A stretch of 37,364 nt of DNA from a virus: UHGV virus genome UHGV-0173475, one strand, 5' to 3'. Positions within the stretch are counted from its first letter, which is position 1; every line of letters starts with the position of its first letter. Positions 25,499 through 35,194 of this stretch are shown here, one piece after another. The position numbers and the translations under genes were made by a program. Under the pieces are notes generated by a model. It did no database searches, was not told the DNA's origin, and worked only from the letters and a program-made list of their open reading frames with translations.

Positions 25499-26566
25499 TT
25501 AGCCCCCGATCTGTGCCACATAGGGCTTGACCAGTTCTTTCGCCGGGTCTAGCGACCAACCCACAACCCTGATTTTGCGGTCAATCTTGAGCGTGTCAGT
25601 ATCAATAATCAGCCTGACGTCGTCGCCCATGTGCCAGTCGATACCCAAGCGGGGATACTCATCTAGCCTTTGCGTTAGCGTGAAAACCTGTACACCACCC
25701 GAAAGCGCCGCTAAAAGCCCCTTGGCGTGAGTGTCGAGGGTGGGTTTCAGGGTGACGGAATCGAAAGTTTTTCGCACCTCAACGCGGGGATAGCCCGCGT
25801 TCTCCCTAGCCGCGTCAATCATCGGAGACGATAGCGGACGGTCTTCCCCCTCACCGCCACCCGCCGCCATGACGTGCGTCGCATATTCGGATTCTCCGAA
25901 ACGCTCCTCCAAAGTCGCTTCAATCAAGCCGCCGGGCAGCTCAAAAACCGCCTGCGGGGAATCAGTCGCAATCCCAATCCGAGGCGTGCCACATTTGAAA
26001 ACCGGAATAATCGAGTTCTGCCGTTGCCGGTCTTGCCACTCAATCGAGATATGCCATTCGGGGCCGCCAATCACGCCCGACAAATCCGAAAGCCTCTTAT
26101 ACAATGTCGCGGCGTCGTCGTCATTATATTCGCGATCCCGCTTAACCCCGCTTGCTGGCGCATCAATCAAAAAAGGTATTCCATCCGGGATAGCCTGGCG
26201 GACAAGCCACGCGGCGATATCCGACTGGTCTACCTGATCGAAGCGCTTAGCCGGGGTGTAGCGGCGATCTAAATAGTCCTCAGGGGATGAGCAGGAAATC
26301 GACACGACCCCGCTAGTGGCGTCCCGGCTCCGCCCGGTAATAATCCCACCCCAGCAGATAGTCCCATCATCCATGACAGCTACCACCCAGAAACGCCAAG
26401 GCGCAGTCAACGCTTCCCAATCCCGAGGGCAGGCCGGGTCATGAATCGGCAGCTTAAACCCGGCGGTGGAAATCGTTTGCATCGCCCGCTCAAAAGAATC
26501 ACCACACGACAGCGGCAGTTCCGCCTGTATCTGGCCGGTTTGTATATCGCACGCCAAAAAAAACAT
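25499..26566 (-). CDS. Minor tail protein (baseplate hub/Tal-like)
   Basis: 355 aa; WGGII.GR, GGPEW, ATHVMA.GGGEG, DWHMGDDV resemble actinophage minor tail proteins. Confidence 0.75.
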   Translation of the reverse strand: MFFLACDIQTGQIQAELPLSCGDSFERAMQTISTAGFKLPIHDPACPRDWEALTAPWRFWVVAVMDDGTICWGGIITGRSRDATSGVVSISCSSPEDYLDRRYTPAKRFDQVDQSDIAAWLVRQAIPDGIPFLIDAPASGVKRDREYNDDDAATLYKRLSDLSGVIGGPEWHISIEWQDRQRQNSIIPVFKCGTPRIGIATDSPQAVFELPGGLIEATLEERFGESEYATHVMAAGGGEGEDRPLSSPMIDAARENAGYPRVEVRKTFDSVTLKPTLDTHAKGLLAALSGGVQVFTLTQRLDEYPRLGIDWHMGDDVRLIIDTDTLKIDRKIRVVGWSLDPAKELVKPYVAQIGG

Positions 26567-26572
26567 TATTTG

Positions 26573-27382
26573 CTAATCCTGCTTTTTCACAACAAAAGAG
26601 CCCTTAAGCTCTGTCCCCTGCGGCGGGGTATCACCTAAAACCGTTAGGGTGCTGCGCGTGAGCTGGCACCACCACAAATCCGACCTATTTCCCAAAGTTC
26701 CGTACCAGGGCGACAGGCCCGACATGCCGGTCGCTATAATATTCCCGCTGCCGCTCATCGTGACATCCACAGTGATTAAGACGGCTCCGCCCGGTAGCTC
26801 TGAGCCTTTAATCTGTCCGTACCGCGCCCCGTTTTCGCGCGTGTATTCTGTGACCTCTAGTTCTTCCTTTTTCGACGCGCCCGCGAGGGAGGCTTTCGCG
26901 CCCGGGAATATCCAAGGCTCACCAGACGGGCGGACACTCACTTCAGCTAGCTTAATTGCCCCGTCAGGTGTGGCTGGTGCTTCCGCTGGCGTAGCCGGCG
27001 TACCCTCAATAACCCGGATATTAGCGCCCCGCCCCGTGTCAGCGGTCTCCTCAATCGAAAGCGCCACTAGGTCGAGACGGTTGAAAGTCGCATGCGGTGC
27101 GGAAAGCGGCAGCGTAACCGGGTTTTTTACACCCGTAAGGTAGGAGCCGTTAGCGGTGGTTACGATGCAATGTCCCGGCCTTACTGTGACCTGTGTCGAG
27201 GTGGCTGTCACTTCCATGCCCCGCAGGATACCGGGCGCGGCCTGGAAAGGCTCAGACTCCGAGCGCGGCTCGAAGAATACCGCGAAAAGATCCCGCAAAT
27301 CCCGCCCCGTATATTCCGGCGCGTCGTCCGTCCCAGCGTCAAGCGCCCACGGAATCAGTAAGTCTTTATTTACCTCAGCCAT
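26573..27382 (-). CDS. Minor tail protein
   Basis: GMEV...VTVRPG...RLDLV...IEGTPA.PAEAP.TP.GAIKLAEV pattern. Confidence 0.75.
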   Translation of the reverse strand: MAEVNKDLLIPWALDAGTDDAPEYTGRDLRDLFAVFFEPRSESEPFQAAPGILRGMEVTATSTQVTVRPGHCIVTTANGSYLTGVKNPVTLPLSAPHATFNRLDLVALSIEETADTGRGANIRVIEGTPATPAEAPATPDGAIKLAEVSVRPSGEPWIFPGAKASLAGASKKEELEVTEYTRENGARYGQIKGSELPGGAVLITVDVTMSGSGNIIATGMSGLSPWYGTLGNRSDLWWCQLTRSTLTVLGDTPPQGTELKGSFVVKKQD

Positions 27383-27398
27383 AATAAAATTTTTCTCC

Positions 27399-28292
27399 TT
27401 AAATATAGGATTCCGCGACCCGAATCTTTAACCGCGCGTCCTGCGAGAACGCGTCAGCCGACCAAGTGATTAAATGCTCCCCGACATCAATAACCGGGAA
27501 ACCCCCGGAAATAGCGCCCCGCCGGGATGCCCCGTTAAGTTCCACCGTTCTAGCGGCAGGGTCAATCACCAGCCGCTCACCCGCGCCAATATCCAAATCC
27601 ACAGCGACACGCCAACCCGCCACCGCATCCCTAATAACCGGGTTTTTTACGGGGCCGCTAATAATAATCTGAGACAATGGACGAGCTGAGCCTGCGACGA
27701 TAAAACGCAGCTCGCCCGCAACCGATTCCGATTTAATAATGAAAGGCACACGGAAAGGCACCCTAAGCCCACCGCGTTTCTTAGGTAGCCCAGTTTCATA
27801 CACATCCCACACAATCGCCCCAGTCTCCCAGTCGACGGCATACCGTACCGGGGAAGGGGCTAGGAGCGGGAATTCGATATGCGCGGCGGTACGCCAACGC
27901 ATCACCTTGACCTTGTCCTCGCAGATCACGTCCTCAGCTGTGACACGATCCCTATCCTTAACTATCAACGGGGCAGGGGTGTGGACCGGCAACGCCCGTT
28001 TTATCGCTTCCACCGCTCTGGTGACTAGATCGGGGCGATTATCATCAGTCTTGACCGCGATTTTCACGGTGAATCGGTGCCCGCGTATCCAGCCTTTCCC
28101 TACCCAGTCGCCATCACGCCAAGCCCTAGCGCCAGTCTCACCGTCTAAATCAATATCGTAAAACCCCGATATGTCGGTGAGGATCCACTGGACACCATCA
28201 CTATCCACGCCACCAAAGACTAACTTGCCGAGCTTTGCGGCTTGCTCTTGCCAAATCACCACTTGCCGGGACTGCTGCATGTTATTAGGCAT
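27399..28292 (-). CDS. Distal tail protein (Dit-like)
   Basis: Immediately after the tape measure gene; ISGPVKNPVI...GERLVID...TVELNG. Confidence 0.78.
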   Translation of the reverse strand: MPNNMQQSRQVVIWQEQAAKLGKLVFGGVDSDGVQWILTDISGFYDIDLDGETGARAWRDGDWVGKGWIRGHRFTVKIAVKTDDNRPDLVTRAVEAIKRALPVHTPAPLIVKDRDRVTAEDVICEDKVKVMRWRTAAHIEFPLLAPSPVRYAVDWETGAIVWDVYETGLPKKRGGLRVPFRVPFIIKSESVAGELRFIVAGSARPLSQIIISGPVKNPVIRDAVAGWRVAVDLDIGAGERLVIDPAARTVELNGASRRGAISGGFPVIDVGEHLITWSADAFSQDARLKIRVAESYI

Positions 28293-31257
28293 AAGCTACG
28301 GCTCCTCCAATCTGGCTAGAAACCTCCGGCACACCCGTCAGCCGCCGCGCCAACATTCCCATCATCCGGGAAGGATCATCAGACTTAAGCGTGTTATTGA
28401 CTACGACCGGGCGATCGCCACCAGACCAGCCCGAACCATAACCGGCGCGCGCTTCAAGATTAAAAGCCGCCTGGGTACTGAAATCCCCCAAGGCAGCCCT
28501 GGTTCGTGTAGCCAACTCCCTAGCTTGGTCGATAGCGTTCTGCGAGGAACGTTCCAACCCCTCAGCCATAGCGTCACCGATAGATAGCCCAGAATAGAGC
28601 ACCCAGCCTTTACCAGAGAACGGGCCCTCTTTCGCGGGAGAGAACGGGAACAAGTTCCGGATCTTCGAGAGCCCGCCCTTGACTGCAGAGGTGACAGAGC
28701 TGAAGGCGTTCATGATTCCGTTCTTGAACCCGTTTATTAGGGCGCGCCCCGAATTCATTAGCACCCCGCCAAGATTTCCCAAAGCACCTAGGGCTTTCCC
28801 GGGTAGAGACTTGACCAAGTTAACCGCGTTCGTAATCCCAGAACTAAAAGCGTTTTTAAGCGCGTTCCATGCTTGGATCGCTTTAGCGCGCATACCGGGG
28901 CCGAGCGAGGCTATTTTATGGAATATTTGTTGCCCCATCTGGGCAAGCGCAACCATCAATGCTGCCACTATCTGTGGTAGCGCTTTCACCAGTGCCATGA
29001 ATAGTTGTACGGCTGCTTGCAACAGTACCGGGATCATCCCGATTAGCGCAGGCACCAAGGTTGTGACCATGTTGATAAGCGCACCGATAAGAGGCGGGAT
29101 AATCTGTGGCAACGCCTGCACCAGTGCCATAAACAGTTGAATAGCAGCCTGTATTAATACAGGAATCATCCCGATCAATGCTGGGATAAGCGTGGTAACC
29201 AGGGTTACTAGCCCGTTGATTAGCGCAGGAATAATCGGAATCAACGCCTGCACCAAAGCCATAAACAATTGAATAGCTGCCTGTAGGAGTACCGGCACCA
29301 GCGCTACTAGGACAGGCACCAGTGTGATCACTAGCTGCACTAATCCTTGCACTAGCGGCGCAATGATTTGAGTGAGCGCTTGCACTAGCCCCATGAAAAG
29401 CGCGATAGCACCCTGGATTAGCACCGGGATGAGCGTCGGTAAAATCTGCACCAGGCTATTAATCATCTGGACTATCCCGTCCACAAGCGCCGGCAGCACC
29501 TGGGTTAACGCCTGCACCAAGCCAAGCAACAGCTGCGTGGCAGCGTTAATCAACGCCGGTAGCATGGTCGCTATTGTCTGGACGATAGTCGTAATAATGC
29601 TAGGTAGCACGGTAGCGACCTGGGTAATAACCCCGGTTAAAGCGCCCATGACCGAGTTGATAATCCCGGGGAGCTGTGCAGAGAGATTATTGATGAATCC
29701 AACGATCTGCCCGGAAACTGCTTCTATTTTCCCGGTTATGACGGTCATGTCCCCGCCGGTAGCAAGCAGCGTAGCCCCTAACGCTGCAGCCCCGGCGACC
29801 GCGATCATCCACGGGTTAGCCATCATGGTCGCGCCTAACATCCGGAAAACCCCAGCAAGGCGAGAAACCAACGGAATCAACGCACTAAATAATTGCGGAA
29901 TCCTCCCAATCAAGCCAGGTATCTTGCCAAAGACCCCACCAATCAGACCAGGTAGCTTACCGAAAATCCCGCCGATTAGGGCGGGTATGCGTCCTAGCGT
30001 GGAAGAAAAAATACGCGGGATACTGCGCAGAGCCATCCCAGTCACGCCGGGAATCCTGGCGAAAGCTGTACCGATACGTGCCGGGACACCACCAAAAGCA
30101 GACCCAATCCGTGTAGCTAGCCTGCTAAACTTGCCTGCGACCTTTTCAGCATCGCCAGCAGTTTTAGTAATGGCTTTCCCGGCTTCTTCCGCGCCCTTCT
30201 TGTGAGGAAAGAAAACATTCTTGATAGCACCGAGCACGGTGAACGCGGAGCCCATCTGGGAAAGCCCCATGATAGCGACCGGGATAGACGCAAGAAACGT
30301 TTTTAACCCGCCGTTATTAAGCGCCGTAAACCATGCGGTGAACCGTTCAATACCGCCGGCAGCCTTATCAGCTGCCGCCAACATTTTCGTGCCCAGCTTC
30401 TCAATCAGCGGAGCCAGGGCTTCGCCGATAGCATCAATCAGCGGGATAAGAGCCACGAAAATGCGGCGTAGCGACTCTAACGCCGGGGTAGCGACTTTTT
30501 GCCCGATCCTAGACAGTGCTGCTTTCACGTTTGCCATTGCGCCCGTGAAAGTGTCGCCAGAAGAAAGCGCCGCGCCCCCGATACCTTCCTCCATAGCAGC
30601 CTGGAAGGTGGCAAAATCGATCTGCCCCTTCGATACCATCTCGGAAACTTCAGCAGAGGTCTTCCCCAAATGCTTACCAAGAAGTTGCAGCACAGGCACC
30701 CCAGCAGAGGTCAACTGCAGCAAGTCGTCGCCTTGGAGTTTCCCGCGGGCTGCGACAGACGCGAAAATCATTCCCACGTCTTCCATCGATCGACCAGAAA
30801 TAGTCGCCACATCAGCCACGCTCTTAAGTGACGCGGTCATGTCTTTACCGGATTTAATCCCGGCAGCAGACAACATTGCGGCGGAAGTCGCTGCCGCGTC
30901 TAACCCGAAAGCCGTACCCTTCACCGAAGCGTTAGCCGAATCCATGATGGATTTAACCGACGCAGTAGAATGCCCAAGACCCTTTAACTTCGCGGTAGCA
31001 TTCTCGATATTGAGAGCCCTAGTAAAACCACCCTTAGCAGCCATACCGGTGATAGCCGCCGAAACGGTCCCCATAGCCACCAGGCCGGCTTTACCCGCAA
31101 CCTTGAAAGCCCCACCTATCGAGGACTTAATCCCCTTGGAGGTGTTCTTAAAGGTTTTCTCGGAAGCGACATTATTTAACTCTTTAGCGATCGAGTTAGA
31201 CATGCCCTTCATTGAGGGCACAATCTGCACATATGCCACTCCGAGGTTTGCTGCCAC
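28285..31257 (-). CDS. Tape measure protein
   Basis: 990 aa Ala/Gly/Leu-rich; AYVQIVPSMKG start, VKGTAFGL and GKLQGDDLLQL motifs, periodic amphipathic repeats, PFSPAKEGP. Confidence 0.95.
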   Translation of the reverse strand: MAANLGVAYVQIVPSMKGMSNSIAKELNNVASEKTFKNTSKGIKSSIGGAFKVAGKAGLVAMGTVSAAITGMAAKGGFTRALNIENATAKLKGLGHSTASVKSIMDSANASVKGTAFGLDAAATSAAMLSAAGIKSGKDMTASLKSVADVATISGRSMEDVGMIFASVAARGKLQGDDLLQLTSAGVPVLQLLGKHLGKTSAEVSEMVSKGQIDFATFQAAMEEGIGGAALSSGDTFTGAMANVKAALSRIGQKVATPALESLRRIFVALIPLIDAIGEALAPLIEKLGTKMLAAADKAAGGIERFTAWFTALNNGGLKTFLASIPVAIMGLSQMGSAFTVLGAIKNVFFPHKKGAEEAGKAITKTAGDAEKVAGKFSRLATRIGSAFGGVPARIGTAFARIPGVTGMALRSIPRIFSSTLGRIPALIGGIFGKLPGLIGGVFGKIPGLIGRIPQLFSALIPLVSRLAGVFRMLGATMMANPWMIAVAGAAALGATLLATGGDMTVITGKIEAVSGQIVGFINNLSAQLPGIINSVMGALTGVITQVATVLPSIITTIVQTIATMLPALINAATQLLLGLVQALTQVLPALVDGIVQMINSLVQILPTLIPVLIQGAIALFMGLVQALTQIIAPLVQGLVQLVITLVPVLVALVPVLLQAAIQLFMALVQALIPIIPALINGLVTLVTTLIPALIGMIPVLIQAAIQLFMALVQALPQIIPPLIGALINMVTTLVPALIGMIPVLLQAAVQLFMALVKALPQIVAALMVALAQMGQQIFHKIASLGPGMRAKAIQAWNALKNAFSSGITNAVNLVKSLPGKALGALGNLGGVLMNSGRALINGFKNGIMNAFSSVTSAVKGGLSKIRNLFPFSPAKEGPFSGKGWVLYSGLSIGDAMAEGLERSSQNAIDQARELATRTRAALGDFSTQAAFNLEARAGYGSGWSGGDRPVVVNNTLKSDDPSRMMGMLARRLTGVPEVSSQIGGAVAYA

Positions 31258-31279
31258 GAGTCCACCTCCGCCTATTTAG

Positions 31280-31627
31280 TTATGTTTCTGCAGGGATCCA
31301 CCTCCCTGCGAGGACGTGATCCACCTGATCGGTATCCATCACCTGCAAACCATCACCCGAAGACTCGAGTTTTTGGGGTTTATTGGCAGGTGGTTTGACT
31401 CCCGCTATCCCAGCGAGAGCGTTAAAGATTGGGTCTTGCCAAAACCATCCGTCAGGATTGAGGGTCCTGCAGATTTCGTAATCAGGGCGGGAAAGCAGCG
31501 GCCACGACAAAGCTGCTGCCTCCCACAACCCCAAGTTTTTCCAGTCACGCCCATAGCGAGCCACAAAATCAGCCGTCAACTCATCCGGATAGTTCTCGCT
31601 TAGACGCAGGAAAACTATTATTTTGGG
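31280..31627 (-). CDS. Tail assembly chaperone, -1 frameshift extension (gpGT-like C-terminal part)
   Basis: The -1 frame is open from the CCCAAAA heptamer through the 31280..31579 ORF. Confidence 0.75.
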   Translation of the reverse strand, partial: PKIIVFLRLSENYPDELTADFVARYGRDWKNLGLWEAAALSWPLLSRPDYEICRTLNPDGWFWQDPIFNALAGIAGVKPPANKPQKLESSGDGLQVMDTDQVDHVLAGRWIPAET

Positions 31628-31953
31628 AGCTTATTGAAAATCTCCTCCAAAAACGCCCCCAAATCGGACATGCGACACCGCCCGGTAGCCGGGTCTTTGA
31701 GCTTGTCACACACCTCGTCTAGCTGGTCTGCTCCTAGCATGGTTTCGATAATGTCCCACACAAGAAGCTCGTTTTCGCCGCGTTGCAGGGCACGCAAGTT
31801 TTTCACGAACTCCACATCGTCCATCGCGTCCCCGTCCAAAAAAACCGTGATCCCCTTAACGGTGACCTTGGTTTTCCCGTCCGTGGCTGCTGGATTACGC
31901 GGCGTTTTAGTCGCTGCTGGTTTTTTGGGAGCGCTTTTCTTGGGTGTAGCCAT
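31618..31953 (-). CDS. Tail assembly chaperone (gpG-like)
   Basis: Between major tail and TMP; ends C CCA AAA TAA. Confidence 0.82.
   Translation of the reverse strand: MATPKKSAPKKPAATKTPRNPAATDGKTKVTVKGITVFLDGDAMDDVEFVKNLRALQRGENELLVWDIIETMLGADQLDEVCDKLKDPATGRCRMSDLGAFLEEIFNKLPK
31621..31627 (-). other. -1 ribosomal slippery sequence CCCAAAA
   Basis: X XXY YYZ heptamer immediately before the stop codon. Confidence 0.78.
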
Positions 31954-31956
31954 AAA

Positions 31957-32535
31957 CTAATGACCCCCCACAGACGAGCCGCCGGCTGCGGCTTCCGCCA
32001 TATATTCGTAAGCCGTATTCCCGTCCTTGTCAGGGAATGCGGAGAGGGTGATCTCGTAACCGATAGCTTCACCGGCTTTATACGCGGTTTCACCAACCTC
32101 AGTGATTTCAGCGTTCGGAACTACAATGCGGCGCTTCTTGTTACCGGTTAGCAGAATCTCGAATACATACACCCAACGGCCTTTAGGCAGCCCATTATGG
32201 ATGACTTCTCCGGTTTTAACATTATTTGCACCGTAGACCTGTTTGAGTACGTCTTCATTGAGGGACTCAATGAAAGTAAAGGTGAAGGTTTCGGTTCGGG
32301 AGGTTTGAACGGTTAGGACGGTTGCCCCGCCCCATTCCTTAATGTCCTCGGTATCAGTTTCGATAGCGTTGGTAAGCCCATCCTCAGACACATAGCCCAG
32401 GTTTACGAACGTTGCCGCAAGCGGGGTTGCTGCGTCTTTTGGTGGTTCCGTACCGGTTGGGGCAGCGAAAATCCCGCCCGCAGCCTGCGGTTTACCCACA
32501 GACACATTATTGGCATCAAGAGTACCTTTAGCCAT
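31957..32535 (-). CDS. Major tail protein
   Basis: NVSVGKP..AGGIF.AP.GT..P, LGYVSEDGLTN, IKEWGG, IGYEITL.AFPD. Confidence 0.9.
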   Translation of the reverse strand: MAKGTLDANNVSVGKPQAAGGIFAAPTGTEPPKDAATPLAATFVNLGYVSEDGLTNAIETDTEDIKEWGGATVLTVQTSRTETFTFTFIESLNEDVLKQVYGANNVKTGEVIHNGLPKGRWVYVFEILLTGNKKRRIVVPNAEITEVGETAYKAGEAIGYEITLSAFPDKDGNTAYEYMAEAAAGGSSVGGH

Positions 32536-32546
32536 AATAATTCTCC

Positions 32547-32900
32547 TTAATAAATGTTGATTGTTGTTACTAAATCGAGGGTGAATTGATAACGGGCCTG
32601 CCTAGAATCAGGGTCAGGGAAGTTGTAGAGGCTCCCTACCGCAACCCCTGCGACCCATGGTTCAAGCTCTAAGTCGTAGCAGGATTGCTGTAGTTTGGTG
32701 GCTTCCATATCTGCGGCTATAAGCCGGTTAGCCCAAACTTGAACCGCGTAGGAGGGATAGTCGAGGGTTCTGGAGGTGCGTCCCCCGATGCGCTCTATAG
32801 TGATGAACTTTTCAGGGCGCGGATCCGGCACTATCCCGTAGCATTCCCACCGGGTCTTGCCTTTCAGCCAGGTTAAGAGCTCAGCGGATTGTGTTTGCAC
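32547..32900 (-). CDS. Tail terminator/completion protein
   Basis: VPDPRPEKFITIERIGG...NFPDPDSRQARYQ. Confidence 0.78.
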   Translation of the reverse strand: MQTQSAELLTWLKGKTRWECYGIVPDPRPEKFITIERIGGRTSRTLDYPSYAVQVWANRLIAADMEATKLQQSCYDLELEPWVAGVAVGSLYNFPDPDSRQARYQFTLDLVTTINIY

Positions 32901-32902
32901 CG

Positions 32903-33190
32903 TTAGCCTCCTTTGAGTGCTTTCAAAAGAGTGTTATTTCGCAGGGAGTTTTCGTAGGTTTCGGAGTCTTTAGGGTTGGCAATTTTCACCATGCCCTGTG
33001 CGCGAGTTTTACCGGCCTGGGTAGAGCCCTCGAATGCGTGGCGAGGTCGCCCCCGTTTACCGCCGTTATTTATCCGGTTAGCTCTAGCGGCTACTTGCTG
33101 CACATAAGAATCAACCTCTGTACGTACCGGGGCAGAGTTCATGAATGCTTCGAAAGCCCCCGCAAAACGCTTGAACTTCACGTTAGCCAT
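32903..33190 (-). CDS. Neck/tail completion protein
   Basis: Position in the head-tail module; ends RNNTLLKAL. Confidence 0.7.
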   Translation of the reverse strand: MANVKFKRFAGAFEAFMNSAPVRTEVDSYVQQVAARANRINNGGKRGRPRHAFEGSTQAGKTRAQGMVKIANPKDSETYENSLRNNTLLKALKGG

Positions 33191-33590
33191 TTACCGCCTC
33201 CACCTTGACTGGCATATTCCAGCGGGTAGGGGTATTCACATCCATATAGGGCTTTGGGTCACCAATAACCCTGAATGTTTCGCCCCGCACTTTTATTCGT
33301 GCGCCTTTCAAGGACTTTAGGAACTCTTGCGGTATCCCCTTAACCGCTTCCGGGAAACTCTTGGGAAAATGCAGGGTATAGACCGTACGGTCACCCTCAG
33401 GTCGTATAGACCCGGTTAGATCTGAGGAATCGCCCGGGACGATAAGAACATCATCTAAAGTGCCTTCGAAATCCTCGAAGCTAATAATTTCCCCCATAGG
33501 GTCCCGAACTGTTTCCCCGTTGTCTCCGAATGGGCGCGGAACCAGCAAAACAACCTGTTCACCGACCAGTCTTGACCTTGACCGGATCAT
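33183..33590 (-). CDS. Head-to-tail stopper/closure protein
   Basis: VLIVPG...RPEG...TLHFPK...GARIKVRG..FRVIGDP...PTRWN. Confidence 0.75.
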   Translation of the reverse strand: MIRSRSRLVGEQVVLLVPRPFGDNGETVRDPMGEIISFEDFEGTLDDVLIVPGDSSDLTGSIRPEGDRTVYTLHFPKSFPEAVKGIPQEFLKSLKGARIKVRGETFRVIGDPKPYMDVNTPTRWNMPVKVEAVNG

Positions 33591-34081
33591 GGCTGCGCCC
33601 CCTCAAAAATCGGGGAAGGCGCAATATCCAGACCGCAAGAACACCGATCCTTAGCCCAGGTTCGATCGCACCAAAGCAAATGACCAGAGCCACCCGAATA
33701 AGCGGGGACTGTGTAGGCTGCGCCCGGTCTACCCTCACCAGGAGGCATCAACAAAGCCTTCTCCCGGTCAGTAATAAACAGCCCGCCCGGCTGCGCACCC
33801 CCGAACGTTACCGACTCGGTGTAAGAGCCAGCCCCCGATGATTGGGAGCGGATTCCTTCCGGGTTGCGGAAAACCCGGGTTACCATCGCCGAAATAACAT
33901 CCCGAACACTAGCCGCCAGGTCAGGCTCGAGCCCGGAGTCTAGGCGGGATTGTAAGGCGGGGAACTCATGGCGCAGCAGCCGCTCAGCTCGCCCAACCCA
34001 CCTGGCAAGCGTCGCATCATTAACCGGCTGGTCAGTGCCGATCCAGTCATCGAGTACGTCTTGAGCAGTTGCCCATGCCAT
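33587..34081 (-). CDS. Head-to-tail adaptor (Gp19/Gp15/Gp42-like)
   Basis: AWATAQDV...MVTRVFRNPEG...GSYTES...GLFITDREKALL. Confidence 0.8.
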   Translation of the reverse strand: MAWATAQDVLDDWIGTDQPVNDATLARWVGRAERLLRHEFPALQSRLDSGLEPDLAASVRDVISAMVTRVFRNPEGIRSQSSGAGSYTESVTFGGAQPGGLFITDREKALLMPPGEGRPGAAYTVPAYSGGSGHLLWCDRTWAKDRCSCGLDIAPSPIFEGAQP

Positions 34082-34111
34082 GAGTCCCCCTTACCTTTCC
34101 CCTAGAACCAC

Positions 34112-34246
34112 CTATTTCTTGGCAGTAGATTTATTTGCCGGTTTTTTGACCGGCGGTTTCTTATATCCCTGCCGCAGCAAATGCGCCGCATCCGTGTCGG
34201 CTACGGACACTTTCACCCCGGCAGGGTCAATCAGATTCACACTCAT
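34112..34246 (-). CDS. 44-aa basic protein after the capsid gene (MSVNLIDPAGVKVSVADTDAAHLLRQGYKKPP...)
   Basis: Manual translation; fills the capsid-adaptor gap. Confidence 0.62.
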   Translation of the reverse strand: MSVNLIDPAGVKVSVADTDAAHLLRQGYKKPPVKKPANKSTAKK

Positions 34247-34251
34247 AGCGG

Positions 34252-35163
34252 TTACCCCGCAGCAGGAGTAGTAGTAACCAGCGCGAAACGGTCAGTAAAC
34301 ACGTGCCAGCCGTAAACCAGCTCTAGGCGGAGCGCGATCTCGTTCTTGCGCTGCAAATCGCCCTTACCATCCGGGTCACCATAGCGGATCAGCTCCACCG
34401 GGATATCACGCTGAACACCCCACCGGATACCGTCCTTGAAGTCGCCTACAATGGCACGGATACCAGTATCTTTAGCTTCAGGACGACCCGAAACAGTATC
34501 ACCCAACGCGGTAGGAACACCCATAAACGAGGTGATATCGGTACCGAATCCCAGATTCGGGTACTTTAGTTCGCCCTTGTCATTCTTGATATTGGCAAGC
34601 AGCCACCCATAACCGGGGTCGAGCGCGAAGCCGTTAATGTTCTTCGGTTTCGCCTGATTGCGTAGCAACCCCACAGCAGAACGCAAAGCTTCATCAGCCG
34701 GGGTAGTACCTAGCTCGACCTTGTTAGTAGTTGCTGCCAGGTAATTAGTCCAAGTATCAATCGCCGCCCCGGTTAACGGGTTAGTCCGGTGATAGAGACC
34801 GAGGTCGAGGGCACGCGATAGAGCGATAGCTCCCGCGTTACCTAGCTCGGTTAGGATCCCCAGCTGATAGTCCTCGTCCTGCCACTGCACCTCTTGCGAA
34901 AAACGCAGGGTGACCTGCGCCTTATGCGGTTTCGCGGTTACGGAAGTCCAAGAAGCATCAGTAGATGCTTTCTCGCCACCCTCTTTAACAAATTCAGCCT
35001 TGGGAGTGCCGTTAAACACCAGGTAGTCGATGTCACCGAACTTTTGGGGTTCACGCCCCGAAAGCTTAGCAACGGTAGATTCGCTAATAGTGTCCTTAAT
35101 GACCCCGTCAGCGATATTGCGCGGAAGCAACACCTTAGTGGTGTCAGTATTGATAAGTGCCAT
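34252..35163 (-). CDS. Major capsid protein (HK97 fold), 303 aa
   Basis: Start reassigned to ATG 35163 (AAGGAG RBS); AEFVKEGGEK, AIVGDF, GDPDGKGDLQRKNEIALRLE. Confidence 0.93.
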   Translation of the reverse strand: MALINTDTTKVLLPRNIADGVIKDTISESTVAKLSGREPQKFGDIDYLVFNGTPKAEFVKEGGEKASTDASWTSVTAKPHKAQVTLRFSQEVQWQDEDYQLGILTELGNAGAIALSRALDLGLYHRTNPLTGAAIDTWTNYLAATTNKVELGTTPADEALRSAVGLLRNQAKPKNINGFALDPGYGWLLANIKNDKGELKYPNLGFGTDITSFMGVPTALGDTVSGRPEAKDTGIRAIVGDFKDGIRWGVQRDIPVELIRYGDPDGKGDLQRKNEIALRLELVYGWHVFTDRFALVTTTPAAG

Positions 35164-35194
35164 TTTATTGCTCCTTAAATGGTTTTGGTTTTGG

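Noticed and set aside
23414..27382. Diversity-generating retroelement or invertase shufflon acting on tail genes
   Set aside because: No reverse transcriptase, no second recombinase, no TR/VR pair or inverted cassettes seen
28950..29620. Degenerate nucleotide repeats resembling an array
   Set aside because: They encode the periodic amphipathic repeats of the tape measure protein
28679..31279. Long + strand ORFs (153, 277, 352 aa) antisense to the tape measure gene
   Set aside because: Typical shadow ORFs of a repetitive Ala/Leu/Ile-rich gene; no motifs or RBS
31957..31975. G6 run at the end of the major tail gene as a frameshift adding an Ig-like extension
   Set aside because: The chaperone gene starts 3 nt after the stop, leaving no room for an extension domain
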